Below, in pieces: positions 25,273 through 40,528 of a DNA stretch of 64,000 bases (positions within the stretch are counted from its first letter, which is position 1; each line of letters starts with the position of its first letter). Both the position numbers and the translations under genes were made by a program. Under the pieces are notes generated by a model, which worked only from the letters and a program-made list of their open reading frames with translations, made no database searches and had not been told where the DNA came from. Source of the stretch: Eledone cirrhosa (lineage: Eukaryota); NCBI GenBank assembly GCA_964016885.1, contig OZ024743.1, positions 78,988,001-79,052,000 of the forward strand, read 5' to 3'.

Positions 25273-26089
25273 AATTATTTTTTCTCAAAGTTGTCATTTA
25301 TTTTATTTATTCTATTGATTCCTGTGACTGTATCGTTGAATATGCTTGGGCACCGCCTTCAGAAGATTCCGCTGAAAATATTGATCCGAGCACAATTCTT
25401 CTGTGAATCACGGGACCCCAACTGATTATGAAACTCAGTTTAATCTGGTCAGTATTTTATACCAATCGCCGACTGTTATTAGACATTATCACCTATGACC
25501 AAATGACCACGTAGGTTTGATACAAATTCAAGCTACATACTCATTCCTTTATTCTGGTTTTTATTGTATATTTTCTGTTATTTGTCTCCTTTTCATTCTT
25601 TATTTTTCTAATTATTAATTAAACTTCTTCAAAATATAAATTTTTAAATCCAATAATCTTGCTTTCATAAATTTTCAATCTCTACAAACTTACATATAAT
25701 GTATTATTCTAGGTTACTTTAAAGATATCTTCTAGAAACTCTCTAAATCTCAATCGATACAACCTGACATATAATATATTACTTTAGGTTACTGTAAAGA
25801 TATCTTCTAGAAACTCTCTAAATCTCACTCTCTACAACCTGACATATAAAGTATTATTGCAGGTTACTCTATAGATATCTTCTAGAAACTCTCTAAATCT
25901 CACACTCTATAATTTCAGTCATCCAGTTGTCAACATAATAGAACCTTCCTGTTATACTCAATGTATTTTACCAGGACCATAAAACAATAACATGACTATA
26001 TCTCACTATAGAGTAGTAGATTTATGAACTAATTTGAATTTAACATACGTAACATTAGTTAGTATAGCTTTTAAATTTTGAATAATATG

Positions 26090-26172
26090 AGCACGATGGC
26101 CGAGTGGTTAAGACGTTGGACTTAAGTTCCAATGGAAAAATGTCCGCGCAGGTTCGAACCCCACTCGTGCTA
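26090..26172 (+). pseudogene. tRNA-Leu(TAA) variant
   Basis: D-stem, variable-arm and T-stem mismatches. Confidence 0.65.
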
Positions 26173-27001
26173 AATTATTTTTTCTCAAAGTTGTCATTTA
26201 TTTTATTTATTCAATTGATTCCTGTGACTGTATGGCTGAATATGCTTGGGCACCGCCTTCAGAAGATTTCGTTAAAAATATTGATCCGAGCACAATTGCT
26301 TGGTGAATCACTGGACCCCAACTGATTATGAAACTCAGTTTAATCTGGTCAGTATTTTATACCGATCGCCGAGTGTTATTAGACATTATCACCTATGACC
26401 ATATGACCACATGGGTTTGATCCAAATTCAAGCTACATACTTATTCCTTTATTCTGGTTTTTATTGTATATTTTTTGTTATTTGTCTCCTTTTCATTCTT
26501 TATTTTTCTAATTATTAATTAAACTTCTTCAAAATATAAATTTTTAAATCCAATAATCTTGCTTTCAAAAATGTTCAATCTCTACAAACTTATATATAAT
26601 GTATTATACTAGGTTACTTTAAAGTTATCTTCTAGAAACTCTCTAAATCTCAATCTCTACAACCTGACATATAATATATTACTTTAGGTTACTGTAAAGA
26701 TATCTTCTAGAAACTCTCTAAATCTCACTCTCTACAACCTGACATATAAAGTATTATTGCAGGTTACTTTATAGATAATTTTCTAGAAGCTCTCTAAATC
26801 TCACTCTCTATAATTTCAATCATCCAGTTGTCAACATAATAGAACCTTCCTGTTATACTCAATGTATTTTACCAGGACCACAAAACAATAACATGACTAT
26901 ATCTCACTATAGAGTAGTAGATTTATGAACTAATTTGAATGTAACATACGTAACATTAGTTAGTATAGCTTTTAAATATAATTTCTACTTTGAATAACAT
27001 G

Positions 27002-27084
27002 AGCACGATGGCCGAGTGGTTAAGGCGTTGGACTTAAGTTCCAATGGACAAATGTCCGCGTGGGTTCGAACCCCACTCGTGCTA
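27002..27084 (+). tRNA. trnL: tRNA-Leu(TAA)
   Basis: Exact consensus. Confidence 0.92.
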
Positions 27085-27913
27085 AATTATTTTTTCTCAA
27101 AGTTGTCATTTATTTTATTTATTCTATTGATTCCTGTGACTGTATGGCTGAATATGCTTGGGCACCGCCTTCAGAAGATTTCGTTAAAAATATTGATCCG
27201 AGCACAATTGCTTGGTGAATCACTGGACCCCAACTGATTATGAAACTCAGTTTAATCTGGTCAGTATTTTATACCGATCGCCGAGTGTTATTAGACATTA
27301 TCACCTATGACCATATGACCACATGGGTTTGATCCAAATTCAAGCTACATACTTATTCCTTTATTCTGGTTTTTATTGTATATTTTTTGTTATTTGTCTC
27401 CTTTTCATTCTTTATTTTTCTAATTATTAATTAAACTTCTTCAAAATATAAATTTTTAAATCCAATAATCTTGCTTTCAAAAATGTTCAATCTCTACAAA
27501 CTTATATATAATGTATTATACTAGGTTACTTTAAAGTTATCTTCTAGAAACTCTCTAAATCTCAATCTCTACAACCTGACATATAATATATTACTTTAGG
27601 TTACTGTAAAGATATCTTCTAGAAACTCTCTAAATCTCACTCTCTACAACCTGACATATAAAGTATTATTGCAGGTTACTTTATAGATAATTTTCTAGAA
27701 GCTCTCTAAATCTCACTCTCTATAATTTCAATCATCCAGTTGTCAACATAATAGAACCTTCCTGTTATACTCAATGTATTTTACCAGGACCACAAAACAA
27801 TAACATGACTATATCTCACTATAGAGTAGTAGATTTATGAACTAATTTGAATGTAACATACGTAACATTAGTTAGTATAGCTTTTAAATATAATTTCTAC
27901 TTTGAATAACATG

Positions 27914-27996
27914 AGCACGATGGCCGAGTGGTTAAGGCGTTGGACTTAAGTTCCAATGGACAAATGTCCGCGTGGGTTCGAACCCCACTCGTGCTA
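27914..27996 (+). tRNA. trnL: tRNA-Leu(TAA)
   Basis: Exact consensus. Confidence 0.92.
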
Positions 27997-28825
27997 AATT
28001 ATTTTTTCTCAAAGTTGTCATTTATTTTATTTATTCTATTGATTCCTGTGACTGTATGGCTGAATATGCTTGGGCACCGCCTTCAGAAGATTTCGTTAAA
28101 AATATTGATCCGAGCACAATTGCTTGGTGAATCACTGGACCCCAACTGATTATGAAACTCAGTTTAATCTGGTCAGTATTTTATACCGATCGCCGAGTGT
28201 TATTAGACATTATCACCTATGACCATATGACCACATGGGTTTGATCCAAATTCAAGCTACATACTTATTCCTTTATTCTGGTTTTTATTGTATATTTTTT
28301 GTTATTTGTCTCCTTTTCATTCTTTATTTTTCTAATTATTAATTAAACTTCTTCAAAATATAAATTTTTAAATCCAATAATCTTGCTTTCAAAAATGTTC
28401 AATCTCTACAAACTTATATATAATGTATTATACTAGGTTACTTTAAAGTTATCTTCTAGAAACTCTCTAAATCTCAATCTCTACAACCTGACATATAATA
28501 TATTACTTTAGGTTACTGTAAAGATATCTTCTAGAAACTCTCTAAATCTCACTCTCTACAACCTGACATATAAAGTATTATTGCAGGTTACTTTATAGAT
28601 AATTTTCTAGAAGCTCTCTAAATCTCACTCTCTATAATTTCAATCATCCAGTTGTCAACATAATAGAACCTTCCTGTTATACTCAATGTATTTTACCAGG
28701 ACCACAAAACAATAACATGACTATATCTCACTATAGAGTAGTAGATTTATGAACTAATTTGAATGTAACATACGTAACATTAGTTAGTATAGCTTTTAAA
28801 TATAATTTCTACTTTGAATAACATG

Positions 28826-28908
28826 AGCACGATGGCCGAGTGGTTAAGGCGTTGGACTTAAGTTCCAATGGACAAATGTCCGCGTGGGTTCGAACCCCAC
28901 TCGTGCTA
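28826..28908 (+). tRNA. trnL: tRNA-Leu(TAA)
   Basis: Exact consensus. Confidence 0.92.
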
Positions 28909-29737
28909 AATTATTTTTTCTCAAAGTTGTCATTTATTTTATTTATTCTATTGATTCCTGTGACTGTATGGCTGAATATGCTTGGGCACCGCCTTCAGAA
29001 GATTTCGTTAAAAATATTGATCCGAGCACAATTGCTTGGTGAATCACTGGACCCCAACTGATTATGAAACTCAGTTTAATCTGGTCAGTATATTATACCG
29101 ATCGCCGAGTGTTATTAGACATTATCACCTATGACCATATGACCACATGGGTTTGATCCAAATTCAAGCTACATACTTATTCCTTTATTCTGGTTTTTAT
29201 TGTATATTTTTTGTTATTTGTCTCCTTTTCATTCTTTATTTTTCTAATTATTAATTAAACTTCTTCAAAATATAAATTTTTAAATCCAATAATCTTGCTT
29301 TCAAAAATGTTCAATCTCTACAAACTTATATATAATGTATTATACTAGGTTACTTTAAAGTTATCTTCTAGAAACTCTCTAAATCTCAATCTCTACAACC
29401 TGACATATAATATATTACTTTAGGTTACTGTAAAGATATCTTCTAGAAACTCTCTAAATCTCACTCTCTACAACCTGACATATAAAGTATTATTGCAGGT
29501 TACTTTATAGATAACTTTCTAGAAGCTCTCTAAATCTCACTCTCTATAATTTCAATCATCCAGTTGTCAACATAATAGAACCTTCCTGTTATACTCAATG
29601 TATTTTACCGGGACCACAAAACAATAACATGACTATATCTCACTATAGAGTAGTAGATTTATGAACTAATTTGAATTTAACATACGTAATATTAGTTAGT
29701 ATAGCTTTTAAATATAATTTCTATTTTGAATAATATG

Positions 29738-29820
29738 AGTACGATGGCTGAGTGGTTAAGGCGCTGGACTTAAGTTCCAATGGACAAATGTCCGCGTTGG
29801 TTCGAACCACACTCGTGCTA
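29738..29820 (+). pseudogene. tRNA-Leu(TAA) variant
   Basis: T-stem GTTGG/CACAC mismatches and other substitutions. Confidence 0.65.
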
Positions 29821-30649
29821 TATTTTTTTTTCTCAAAGTTGTCATTTATTTTATTTATTCTATTGATTCCTGTGATTGTACGGCTGAATATGCTTGGGCA
29901 CCGCCTTCAGAAGTTTTCGCTGAAAATATTGATCCCAGCAAAAGTTTTTTTGTGAATCACGGGACCCCAACTGATTATGAACTCAGTTTAATCTGGTCAG
30001 TATTTTATACCGATCGCCGAGTGTTATTAGACATTATCACTTATGACCAAATGACCACGTGGGTTTGATACAAATTCAAGCTACATACTTATTCCTTTAT
30101 TCTGGTTTTTATTGTATATTTTTTGTTATTTGTCTCCTTTTCATTCTTTATTTTTCTAATTATTAATTAAACTTCTTCAAAATATAAATTTTTAAATCCA
30201 ATAATCTTGCTTTCATAAAATTTCAATCTCTACAAACTTACATATAATGTATTATTCTAGGTTACTTTAAAGATATCTTCTAGAAACTCTCTAAATCTCA
30301 ATCTCTACAACCTGACATATAATATATTACTTTAGGTTACTGTAAAGATATCTTCTAGAAACTCTTTAAATCTCACTCTCTACAACCTGACATATAAAGT
30401 ATTATTGCAGATTACTTTATAGATATCTTTCTAGAAGCTCTCTAAATCTCACTCTCTATAATTTCAATCATCCAGTTGTCAACATAATAGAACCTTCCTG
30501 TTATACTCAATGTATTTTACCAGGACCACAAAACAATAACATGACTATATCTCACTATAGAGTAGTAGATTTATGAACTAATTTGAATTTAACATACGTA
30601 ACATTAGTTAGTATAGCTTTTAAATATAATTTCTACTTTGAATAACATG

Positions 30650-30732
30650 AGCACGATGGCCGAGTGGTTAAGGCGTTGGACTTAAGTTCCAATGGACAAA
30701 TGTCCGCGTGGGTTCGAACCCCACTCGTGCTA
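30650..30732 (+). tRNA. trnL: tRNA-Leu(TAA)
   Basis: Exact consensus. Confidence 0.92.
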
Positions 30733-31561
30733 AATTATTTTTTCTCAAAGTTGTCATTTATTTTATTTATTCTATTGATTCCTGTGACTGTATGGCTGAA
30801 TATGCTTGGGCACCGCCTTCAGAAGATTTCGTTAAAAATATTGATCCGAGCACAATTGCTTGGTGAATCACTGGACCCCAACTGATTATGAAACTCAGTT
30901 TAATCTGGTCAGTATTTTATAACGATCGCCGAGTGTTATTAGACATTATCACCTATGACCATATGACCACATGGGTTTGATCCAAATTCAAGCTACATAC
31001 TTATTCCTTTATTCTGGTTTTTATTGTATATCTTTTGTTATTTGTCTCGTCTTCATTCCTTATTTTTCTAATTATTAATTAAACTTCTTCAAAATATAAA
31101 TTTTTAAATCCAAAAATCTTGCTTTCATAAATTTTCAATCTCTACAAACTTACATATAATGTATTATACTAGGTTACTTTAAAGTTATCTTCTAGAAACT
31201 CTCTAAATCTCAATCTCTACAACCTGACATATAATATATTACTTTAGGTTACTGTAAAGATATCTTCTAGAAACTCTCTAAATCTCACTCTCTACAACCT
31301 GACATATAAAGTATTATTGCAGGTTACTTTATAGATAACTTTCTAGAAGCTCTCTAAATCTCACTCTCTATAATTTCAATCATCCAGTTGTCAACATAAT
31401 AGAACCTTCCTGTTATACTCAATGTATTTTACCGGGACCACAAAACAATAACATGACTATATCTCACTATAGAGTAGTAAATTTATGAACTAATTTGAAT
31501 TTAACATACGTAACATTAGTTAGTATAGCTTTTAAATATAATTTCTACTTTGAATAATATG

Positions 31562-31644
31562 AGCACGATGGCCGAGTGGTTAAGGCGTTGGACTTAAGTT
31601 CCAATGGACAAATGTCCGCGTGGGTTCGAACCCCACTCGTGCTA
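31562..31644 (+). tRNA. trnL: tRNA-Leu(TAA)
   Basis: Exact consensus. Confidence 0.92.
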
Positions 31645-32474
31645 AATTATTTTTTCTCAAAGTTGTCATTTATTTTATTTATTCTATTGATTCCTGTGAC
31701 TGTATCGTTGAATATGCTTGGGCACCGCCTTCAGAAGATTTCGTTAAAAATATTGATCCGAGCACAATTGCTTGGTGAATCACTGGACCCCAACTGATTA
31801 TGAAACTCAGTTTAATCTGGTCAGTATTTTATACCGATCGCCGAGTGTTATTAGACATTATCTCCTACGACCAAATGACCACGTGGGTTTGATACAAATT
31901 CAAGCTACATACTCATTCTTTTATTCTGGTTTTTATTGTATATTTTCTGTTATTTGTCTCCTTTTCATTCTTTATTTTTCTAATTATTAATTAAACTTCT
32001 TCAAAATATAAATTTTTAAATCCAATAATCTTGCTTTCATAAATTTTCAATCTCTACAAACTTACATATAATGTATTATTCTAGGTTACTTTAAAGATAT
32101 CTTCTAGAAACTCTCTAAATCTCAATCTCTACAACCTGGCATATAATATATTACTTTAGGTTACTGTAAAGATATCTTCTAGAAACTCTCTAAATCTCAC
32201 TCTCTACAACCTGATATATAAAGTATTATTGCAGGTTACTTTATAGATAACTTTCTAGAAGCTCTCTAAATCTCACTCTCTATAATTTCAATCATCCAGT
32301 TGTCAACATAATAGAATCTTCCTGTTATACTCAATGTATTTTACCAGGACCACAAAACAATAACATGACTATATCTCACTATAGAGTAGTAGATTTATGA
32401 ACTAATTTGAATTTAACATACGTAACATTAGTTAGTATAGCTTTTAAATATAATTTCATATTTTGAATAATATG

Positions 32475-32557
32475 AGCACCATGGCCGACTGGTTAAGGCG
32501 TTGTAGTTATGTTCCAATGGACAAATATCCGTGTGGGTTAGAACACCACTTGTGCTA
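32475..32557 (+). pseudogene. tRNA-Leu pseudogene, TAT anticodon
   Basis: Loop GT-TAT-GT; B box GGTTAGAAC; many mismatches. Confidence 0.85.
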
Positions 32558-33386
32558 AATTATTTTTTCTTCAAGTTGTGATTTATTTTATTTATTCTAT
32601 TGATTCCTGTGATTGTACGGCTGCATATGCTTGGGCACCGCCTTCAGAAGTTTTCGCTGAAAATATTGATCCGAGTACAATTTTTTTGTGAATCACGGGA
32701 CCCCAACTGATTATGAAACTCAGTTTAATCTGGTCAGTATTTTATACCGATCGCCGAGTGTTATTAGACATTATCACCTATGACCATATGACCACATGGG
32801 TTTGATCCAAATTCAAGCTACATACTTATTCCTTTATTCTGGTTTTTATTGTATATTTTTTGTTATTTGTCTCCTTTTCATTCTTTATTTTTCTAATTAT
32901 TAATTAAACTTCTTCAAAATATAAATTTTTAAATCCAATAATCTTGCTTTCAAAAATGTTCAATCTCTACAAACTTATATATAATGTATTATACTAGGTT
33001 ACTTTAAAGTTATCTTCTAGAAACTCTCTAAATCTCAATCTCTACAACCTGACATATAATATATTACTTTAGGTTACTGTAAAGATATCTTCTAGAAACT
33101 CTCTAAATCTCACTCTCTACAACCTGACATATAAAGTATTATTGCAGGTTACTTTATAGATATCTTCTAGAAGCTCTCTAAATCTCACTCTCTATAATTT
33201 CAATCATCCAGTTGTCAACATAATAGAACCTTCCTGTTATACTTAATGTATTTTACCGGGACCACAAAACAATAACATGACTATATCTCACTATAGAGTA
33301 GTAGATTTATGAACTAATTTGAATTTAACATACGTAACATTAGTTAGTATAGCTTTTAAATATAATTTCATATTGTGAATGATATG

Positions 33387-33469
33387 AGCACGATGGCCGA
33401 GTGGTTAAGGCGTTGGACTTAAGTTCCAATGGACAAATGTCCGCGTGGGTTCGAACCCCACTCGCGCTT
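33387..33469 (+). tRNA. trnL: tRNA-Leu(TAA) variant
   Basis: Acceptor mismatch; discriminator A to T (likely poorly charged). Confidence 0.55.
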
Positions 33470-34220
33470 AATTATATTTTCTTCAAGTTGTCATTTATCT
33501 TATTTTTTCTATTGAATCCTGTGATTGTACGGCTGAATATGCTTGGGCACCGCCTTCAGAAATTTTCGCTGAAAATATTGATCCGAGCACAATTTTTTTG
33601 TGAATCACGGGACCCCAACTGATTATGAAACTCAGTTTAATCTGGTCAGTATTTTATACCGATCGCCCAGTGTTATTAGACATTATCACCTATGACCAAA
33701 CGACCACTGGCTTTGATCCAAATTCAAGCTACATACTTATTCTTTATTCTGGTTTTTATTGTATATTTTTTGTTATTTGTCTCCTTTTCATTCTTTATTT
33801 TTCTAATTATTAATTACACTTCTTCAAAATATAAATTTTTAAATCCAATAATCTTGCTTTCATAAATTTTCAATCTCTACAAACTTACATATAATATATT
33901 ACTTTAGGTTACTGTAAAGATATCTTCTAGAAACTCTCTAAATCTCACTCTCTACAACCTGACATATAAAGTATTATTGCAGGTTACTTTATAGATATCT
34001 TCTAGAAACTCTCTAAATCTCACTCTCTATAATTTCAATCATCAAGTTGTCAACATAATAGAACCTTCCTGTTATACTTAATGTATTTTACCAGGACCAC
34101 AAAACAATAACATGACTATATCTCACTATCGAGTAGTAGATTTATGAACTAATTTGAATTTAACATACGTAATATTAGTTAGTATAGCTTTTAAATATAA
34201 TTTCTATTGTGAATAATATG

Positions 34221-34303
34221 AGCACGATGGCCGAGTGGTTAAGGCGTTGGACTTAAGTTCCAATGGACAAATGTCCTCGTGGGTTCGAACCCCACACGTG
34301 CTA
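34221..34303 (+). tRNA. trnL: tRNA-Leu(TAA) variant
   Basis: Variable-arm base change plus acceptor 7-66 mismatch. Confidence 0.65.
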
Positions 34304-35132
34304 AATTATTTTTTCTCAAAGTTGTCTTTTATTTCATTTATTCTATTGATTCCTGTGAATGTATGGCTGAATATGCTTGGGTACCGCCTACAGAAGATTT
34401 CGCTGAAAATATTGATCCGCGCACAATTTTTTGGTGAATCACGGCACCCCAACTGATTATGAAACTCAGTTTAATCTGGTCAGTATTTTATAACGATCGC
34501 CGAGTGTTATTAGACATTATCACCTATGACCATATGACCACATGGGTTTGATCCAAATTCAAGCTACATACTTATTCCTTTATTCTGGTTTTTATTGTAT
34601 ATCTTTTGTTATTTGTCTCGTCTTCATTCCTTATTTTTCTAATTATTAATTAAACTTCTTCAAAATATAAATTTTTAAATCCAAAAATCTTGCTTTCATA
34701 AATTTTCAATCTCTACAAACTTACATATAATGTATTATACTAGGTTACTTTAAAGTTATCTTCTAGAAAGTCTCTAAATCTCAATCTCTACAACCTGACA
34801 TATAATATATTACTTTAGGTTACTGTAAAGATATCTTCTAGAAACTCTCTAAATCTCACTCTCTACAACCTGACATATAAAGTATTATTGCAGGTTACTT
34901 TATAGATAACTTTCTAGAAGCTCTCTAAATCTCACTCTCTATAATTTCAATCATCCAGTTGTCAACATAATAGAACCTTCCTGTTATACTCAATGTATTT
35001 TACCAGGACCACAAAACAATAACATGACTATATCTCACTATAGAGTAGTAAATTTATGAACTAATTTGAATTTAACATACGTAACATTAGTTAGTATAGC
35101 TTTTAAATATAATTTCTACTTTGAATAATATG

Positions 35133-35215
35133 AGCACGATGGCCGAGTGGTTAAGGCGTTGGACTTAAGTTCCAATGGACAAATGTCCGCGTGGGTTCGA
35201 ACCCCACTCGTGCTA
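35133..35215 (+). tRNA. trnL: tRNA-Leu(TAA)
   Basis: Exact consensus. Confidence 0.92.
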
Positions 35216-36044
35216 AATTATTTTTTCTCAAAGTTGTCATTTATTTTATTTATTCTATTGATTCCTGTGACTGTATCGTTGAATATGCTTGGGCACCGCC
35301 TTCAGAAGATTTCGTTAAAAATATTGATCCGAGCACAATTGCTTGGTGAATCACTGGACCCCAACTGATTATGAAACTCAGTTTAATCTGGTCAGTATTT
35401 TATACCGATCGCCGAGTGTTATTAGACATTATCACCTATGACCATATGACCACATGGGTTTGATCCAAATTCAAGCTACATACTTATTCCTTTATTCTGG
35501 TTTTTATTGTATATTTTTTGTTATTTGTCTCCTTTTCATTCTTTATTTTTCTAATTATTAATTAAACTTCTTCAAAATATAAATTTTTAAATCCAATAAT
35601 CTTGCTTTCAAAAATGTTCAATCTCTACAAACTTATATATAATGTATTATACTAGGTTACTTTAAAGTTATCTTCTAGAAACTCTCTGAATCTCAATCTC
35701 TACAACCTGACATATAATATATTACTTTAGGTTACTGTAAAGATATCTTCTAGAAACTCTCTAAATCTCACTCTCTACAACCTGACATATAAAGTATTAT
35801 TGCAGGTTACTTTATAGATATCTTCTAGAAGCTCTCTAAATCTCACTCTCTATAATTTCAATCATCCAGTTGTCAACATAATAGAACCTTCCTGTTATAC
35901 TTAATGTATTTTACCGGGACCACAAAACAATAACATGACTATATCTCACTATAGAGTAGTAGATTTATGAACTAATTTGAATTTAACATACGTAACATTA
36001 GTTAGTATAGCTTTTAAATATAATTTCATATTGTGAATGATATG

Positions 36045-36127
36045 AGCACGATGGCCGAGTGGTTAACGCGTTGTACTTATGATCCAATGGACAAATGTCC
36101 GTGTGGGTTCGAACCCCACTCGTGCTA
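36045..36127 (+). pseudogene. tRNA-Leu body with TAT anticodon
   Basis: TTGTA-CT-TAT-GA-TCCAA; D-stem mismatch; A/B boxes and acceptor intact. Confidence 0.7.
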
Positions 36128-36957
36128 AATTTTTTTTTCTCAAAGTTGTCATTTATTTTATTTATTCTATTGATTCCTGTGATTGTACGGCTGAATATGC
36201 TTGGGCACCGCCTTCAGAAGTTTTCGCTGAAAATATTGATCCCAGCAAAAGTTTTTTTGTGAATCACGGGACCCCAACTGATTATGAAACTCAGTTTAAT
36301 CTGGTCAGTATTTTATACCGATCGCCGAGTGTTATTAGACATTATCACTTATGACCAAATGACCACGTGGGTTTGATACAAATTCAAGCTACATACTTAT
36401 TCCTTTATTCTGGTTTTTATTGTATATTTTTTGTTATTTGTCTCCTTTTCATTCTTTATTTTTCTAATTATTAATTAAACTTCTTCAAAATATAAATTTT
36501 TAAATCCAATAATCTTGCTTTCATAAAATTTCAATCTCTACAAACTTACATATAATGTATTATTCTAGGTTACTTTAAAGATATCTTCTAGAAACTCTCT
36601 AAATCTCAATCTCTACAACCTGACATATAATATATTACTTTAGGTTACTGTAAAGATATCTTCTAGAAACTCTTTAAATCTCACTCTCTACAACCTGACA
36701 TATAAAGTATTATTGCAGGTTACTTTATAGATATCTTTCTAGAAGCTCTCTAAATCTCACTCTCTATAATTTCAATCATCCAGTTGTCAACATAATAGAA
36801 CCTTCCTGTTATACTCAATGTATTTTACCAGGACCACAAAACAATAACATGACTATATCTCACTATAGAGTAGTAGATTTATGAACTAATTTGAATTTAA
36901 CATACGTAACATTAGTTAGTATAGCTTTTAAATATAATTTCTACTTTGAATAACATG

Positions 36958-37040
36958 AGCACGATGGCCGAGTGGTTAAGGCGTTGGACTTAAGTTCCAA
37001 TGGACAAATGTCCGCGTGGGTTCGAACCCCACTCGTGCTA
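36958..37040 (+). tRNA. trnL: tRNA-Leu(TAA)
   Basis: Exact consensus. Confidence 0.92.
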
Positions 37041-37869
37041 AATTATTTTTTCTCAAAGTTGTCATTTATTTTATTTATTCTATTGATTCCTGTGACTGTA
37101 TGGCTGAATATGCTTGGGCACCGCCTTCAGAAGATTTCGTTAAAAATATTGATCCGAGCACAATTGCTTGGTGAATCACTGGACCCCAACTGATTATGAA
37201 ACTCAGTTTAATCTGGTCAGTATTTTATAACGATCGCCGAGTGTTATTAGACATTATCACCTATGACCATATGACCACATGGGTTTGATCCAAATTCAAG
37301 CTACATACTTATTCCTTTATTCTGGTTTTTATTGTATATCTTTTGTTATTTGTCTCGTCTTCATTCCTTATTTTTCTAATTATTAATTAAACTTCTTCAA
37401 AATATAAATTTTTAAATCCAAAAATCTTGCTTTCATAAATTTTCAATCTCTACAAACTTACATATAATGTATTATACTAGGTTACTTTAAAGTTATCTTC
37501 TAGAAACTCTCTAAATCTCAATCTCTACAACCTGACATATAATATATTACTTTAGGTTACTGTAAAGATATCTTCTAGAAACTCTCTAAATCTCACTCTC
37601 TACAACCTGACATATAAAGTATTATTGCAGGTTACTTTATAGATAACTTTCTAGAAGCTCTCTAAATCTCACTCTCTATAATTTCAATCATCCAGTTGTC
37701 AACATAATAGAACCTTCCTGTTATACTCAATGTATTTTACCGGGACCACAAAACAATAACATGACTATATCTCACTATAGAGTAGTAAATTTATGAACTA
37801 ATTTGAATTTAACATACGTAACATTAGTTAGTATAGCTTTTAAATATAATTTCTACTTTGAATAATATG

Positions 37870-37952
37870 AGCACGATGGCCGAGTGGTTAAGGCGTTGGA
37901 CTTAAGTTCCAATGGACAAATGTCCGCGTGGGTTCGAACCCCACTCGTGCTA
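37870..37952 (+). tRNA. trnL: tRNA-Leu(TAA)
   Basis: Exact consensus. Confidence 0.92.
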
Positions 37953-38782
37953 AATTATTTTTTCTCAAAGTTGTCATTTATTTTATTTATTCTATTGATT
38001 CCTGTGACTGTATCGTTGAATATGCTTGGGCACCGCCTTCAGAAGATTTCGTTAAAAATATTGATCCGAGCACAATTGCTTGGTGAATCACTGGACCCCA
38101 ACTGATTATGAAACTCAGTTTAATCTGGTCAGTATTTTATACCGATCGCCGAGTGTTATTAGACATTATCTCCTATGACCAAATGACCACGTGGGTTTGA
38201 TACAAATTCAAGCTACATACTCATTCTTTTATTCTGGTTTTTATTGTATATTTTCTGTTATTTGTCTCCTTTTCATTCTTTATTTTTCTAATTATTAATT
38301 AAACTTCTTCAAAATATAAATTTTTAAATCCAATAATCTTGCTTTCATAAATTTTCAATCTCTACAAACTTACATATAATGTATTATTCTAGGTTACTTT
38401 AAAGATATCTTCTAGAAACTCTCTAAATCTCAATCTCTACAACCTGGCATATAATATATTACTTTAGGTTACTGTAAACATATCTTCTAGAAACTCTCTA
38501 AATCTCACTCTCTACAACCTGATATATAAAGTATTATTGCAGGTTACTTTATAGATAACTTTCTAGAAGCTCTCTAAATCTCACTCTCTATAATTTCAAT
38601 CATCCAGTTGTCAACATAATAGAATCTTCCTGTTATACTCAATGTATTTTACCAGGACCACAAAACAATAACATGACTATATCTCACTATAGAGTAGTAG
38701 ATTTATGAACTAATTTGAATTTAACATACGTAACATTAGTTAGTATAGCTTTTAAATATAATTTCATATTTTGAATAATATG

Positions 38783-38865
38783 AGCACCATGGCCGACTGG
38801 TTAAGGCGTTGTAGTTATGTTCCAATGGACAAATATCCGTGTGGGTTAGAACACCACTTGTGCTA
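38783..38865 (+). pseudogene. tRNA-Leu pseudogene, TAT anticodon
   Basis: Same variant as 32475. Confidence 0.85.
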
Positions 38866-39694
38866 AATTATTTTTTCTTCAAGTTGTGATTTATTTTATT
38901 TATTCTATTGATTCCTGTGATTGTACGGCTGCATATGCTTGGGCACCGCCTTCAGAAGTTTTCGCTGAAAATATTGATCCGAGTACAATTTTTTTGTGAA
39001 TCACGGGACCCCAACTGATTATGAAACTCAGTTTAATCTGGTCAGTATTTTATACCGATCGCCGAGTGTTATTAGACATTATCACCTATGACCATATGAC
39101 CACATGGGTTTGATCCAAATTCAAGCTACATACTTATTCCTTTATTCTGGTTTTTATTGTATATTTTTTGTTATTTGTCTCCTTTTCATTCTTTATTTTT
39201 CTAATTATTAATTAAACTTCTTCAAAATATAAATTTTTAAATCCAATAATCTTGCTTTCAAAAATGTTCAATCTCTACAAACTTATATATAATGTATTAT
39301 ACTAGGTTACTTTAAAGTTATCTTCTAGAAACTCTCTAAATCTCAATCTCTACAACCTGACATATAATATATTACTTTAGGTTACTGTAAAGATATCTTC
39401 TAGAAACTCTCTAAATCTCACTCTCTACAACCTGACATATAAAGTATTATTGCAGGTTACTTTATAGATATCTTCTAGAAGCTCTCTAAATCTCACTCTC
39501 TATAATTTCAATCATCCAGTTGTCAACATAATAGAACCTTCCTGTTATACTTAATGTATTTTACCGGGACCACAAAACAATAACATGACTATATCTCACT
39601 ATAGAGTAGTAGATTTATGAACTAATTTGAATTTAACATACGTAACATTAGTTAGTATAGCTTTTAAATATAATTTCATATTGTGAATGATATG

Positions 39695-39777
39695 AGCACG
39701 ATGGCCGAGTGGTTAAGGCGTTGGACTTAAGTTCCAATGGACAAATGTCCGCGTGGGTTCGAACCCCACTCGCGCTT
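39695..39777 (+). tRNA. trnL: tRNA-Leu(TAA) variant
   Basis: Same variant as 33387. Confidence 0.55.
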
Positions 39778-40528
39778 AATTATATTTTCTTCAAGTTGTC
39801 ATTTATCTTATTTTTTCTATTGATTCCTGTGATTGTACGGCTGAATATGCTTGGGCACCGCCTTCAGAAATTTTCGCTGAAAATATTGATCCGAGCACAA
39901 TTTTTTTGTGAATCACGGGGCCCCAACTGATTATGAAACTCAGTTTAATCTGGTCAGTATTTTATACCGATCGCCCAGTGTTATTAGACATTATCACCTA
40001 TGACCAAACGACCACTGGCTTTGATCCAAATTCAAGCTACATACTTATTCTTTATTCTGGTTTTTATTGTATATTTTTTGTTATTTGTCTCCTTTTCATT
40101 CTTTATTTTTCTAATTATTAATTACACTTCTTCAAAATATAAATTTTTAAATCCAATAATCTTGCTTTCATAAATTTTCAATCTCTACAAACTTACATAT
40201 AATATATTACTTTAGGTTACTGTAAAGATATCTTCTAGAAACTCTCTAAATCTCACTCTCTACAACCTGACATATAAAGTATTATTGCAGGTTACTTTAT
40301 AGATATCTTCTAGAAACTCTCTAAATCTCACTCTCTATAATTTCAATCATCAAGTTGTCAACATAATAGAACCTTCCTGTTATACTTAATGTATTTTACC
40401 AGGACCACAAAACAATAACATGACTATATCTCACTATCGAGTAGTAGATTTATGAACTAATTTGAATTTAACATACGTAATATTAGTTAGTATAGCTTTT
40501 AAATATAATTTCTATTGTGAATAATATG

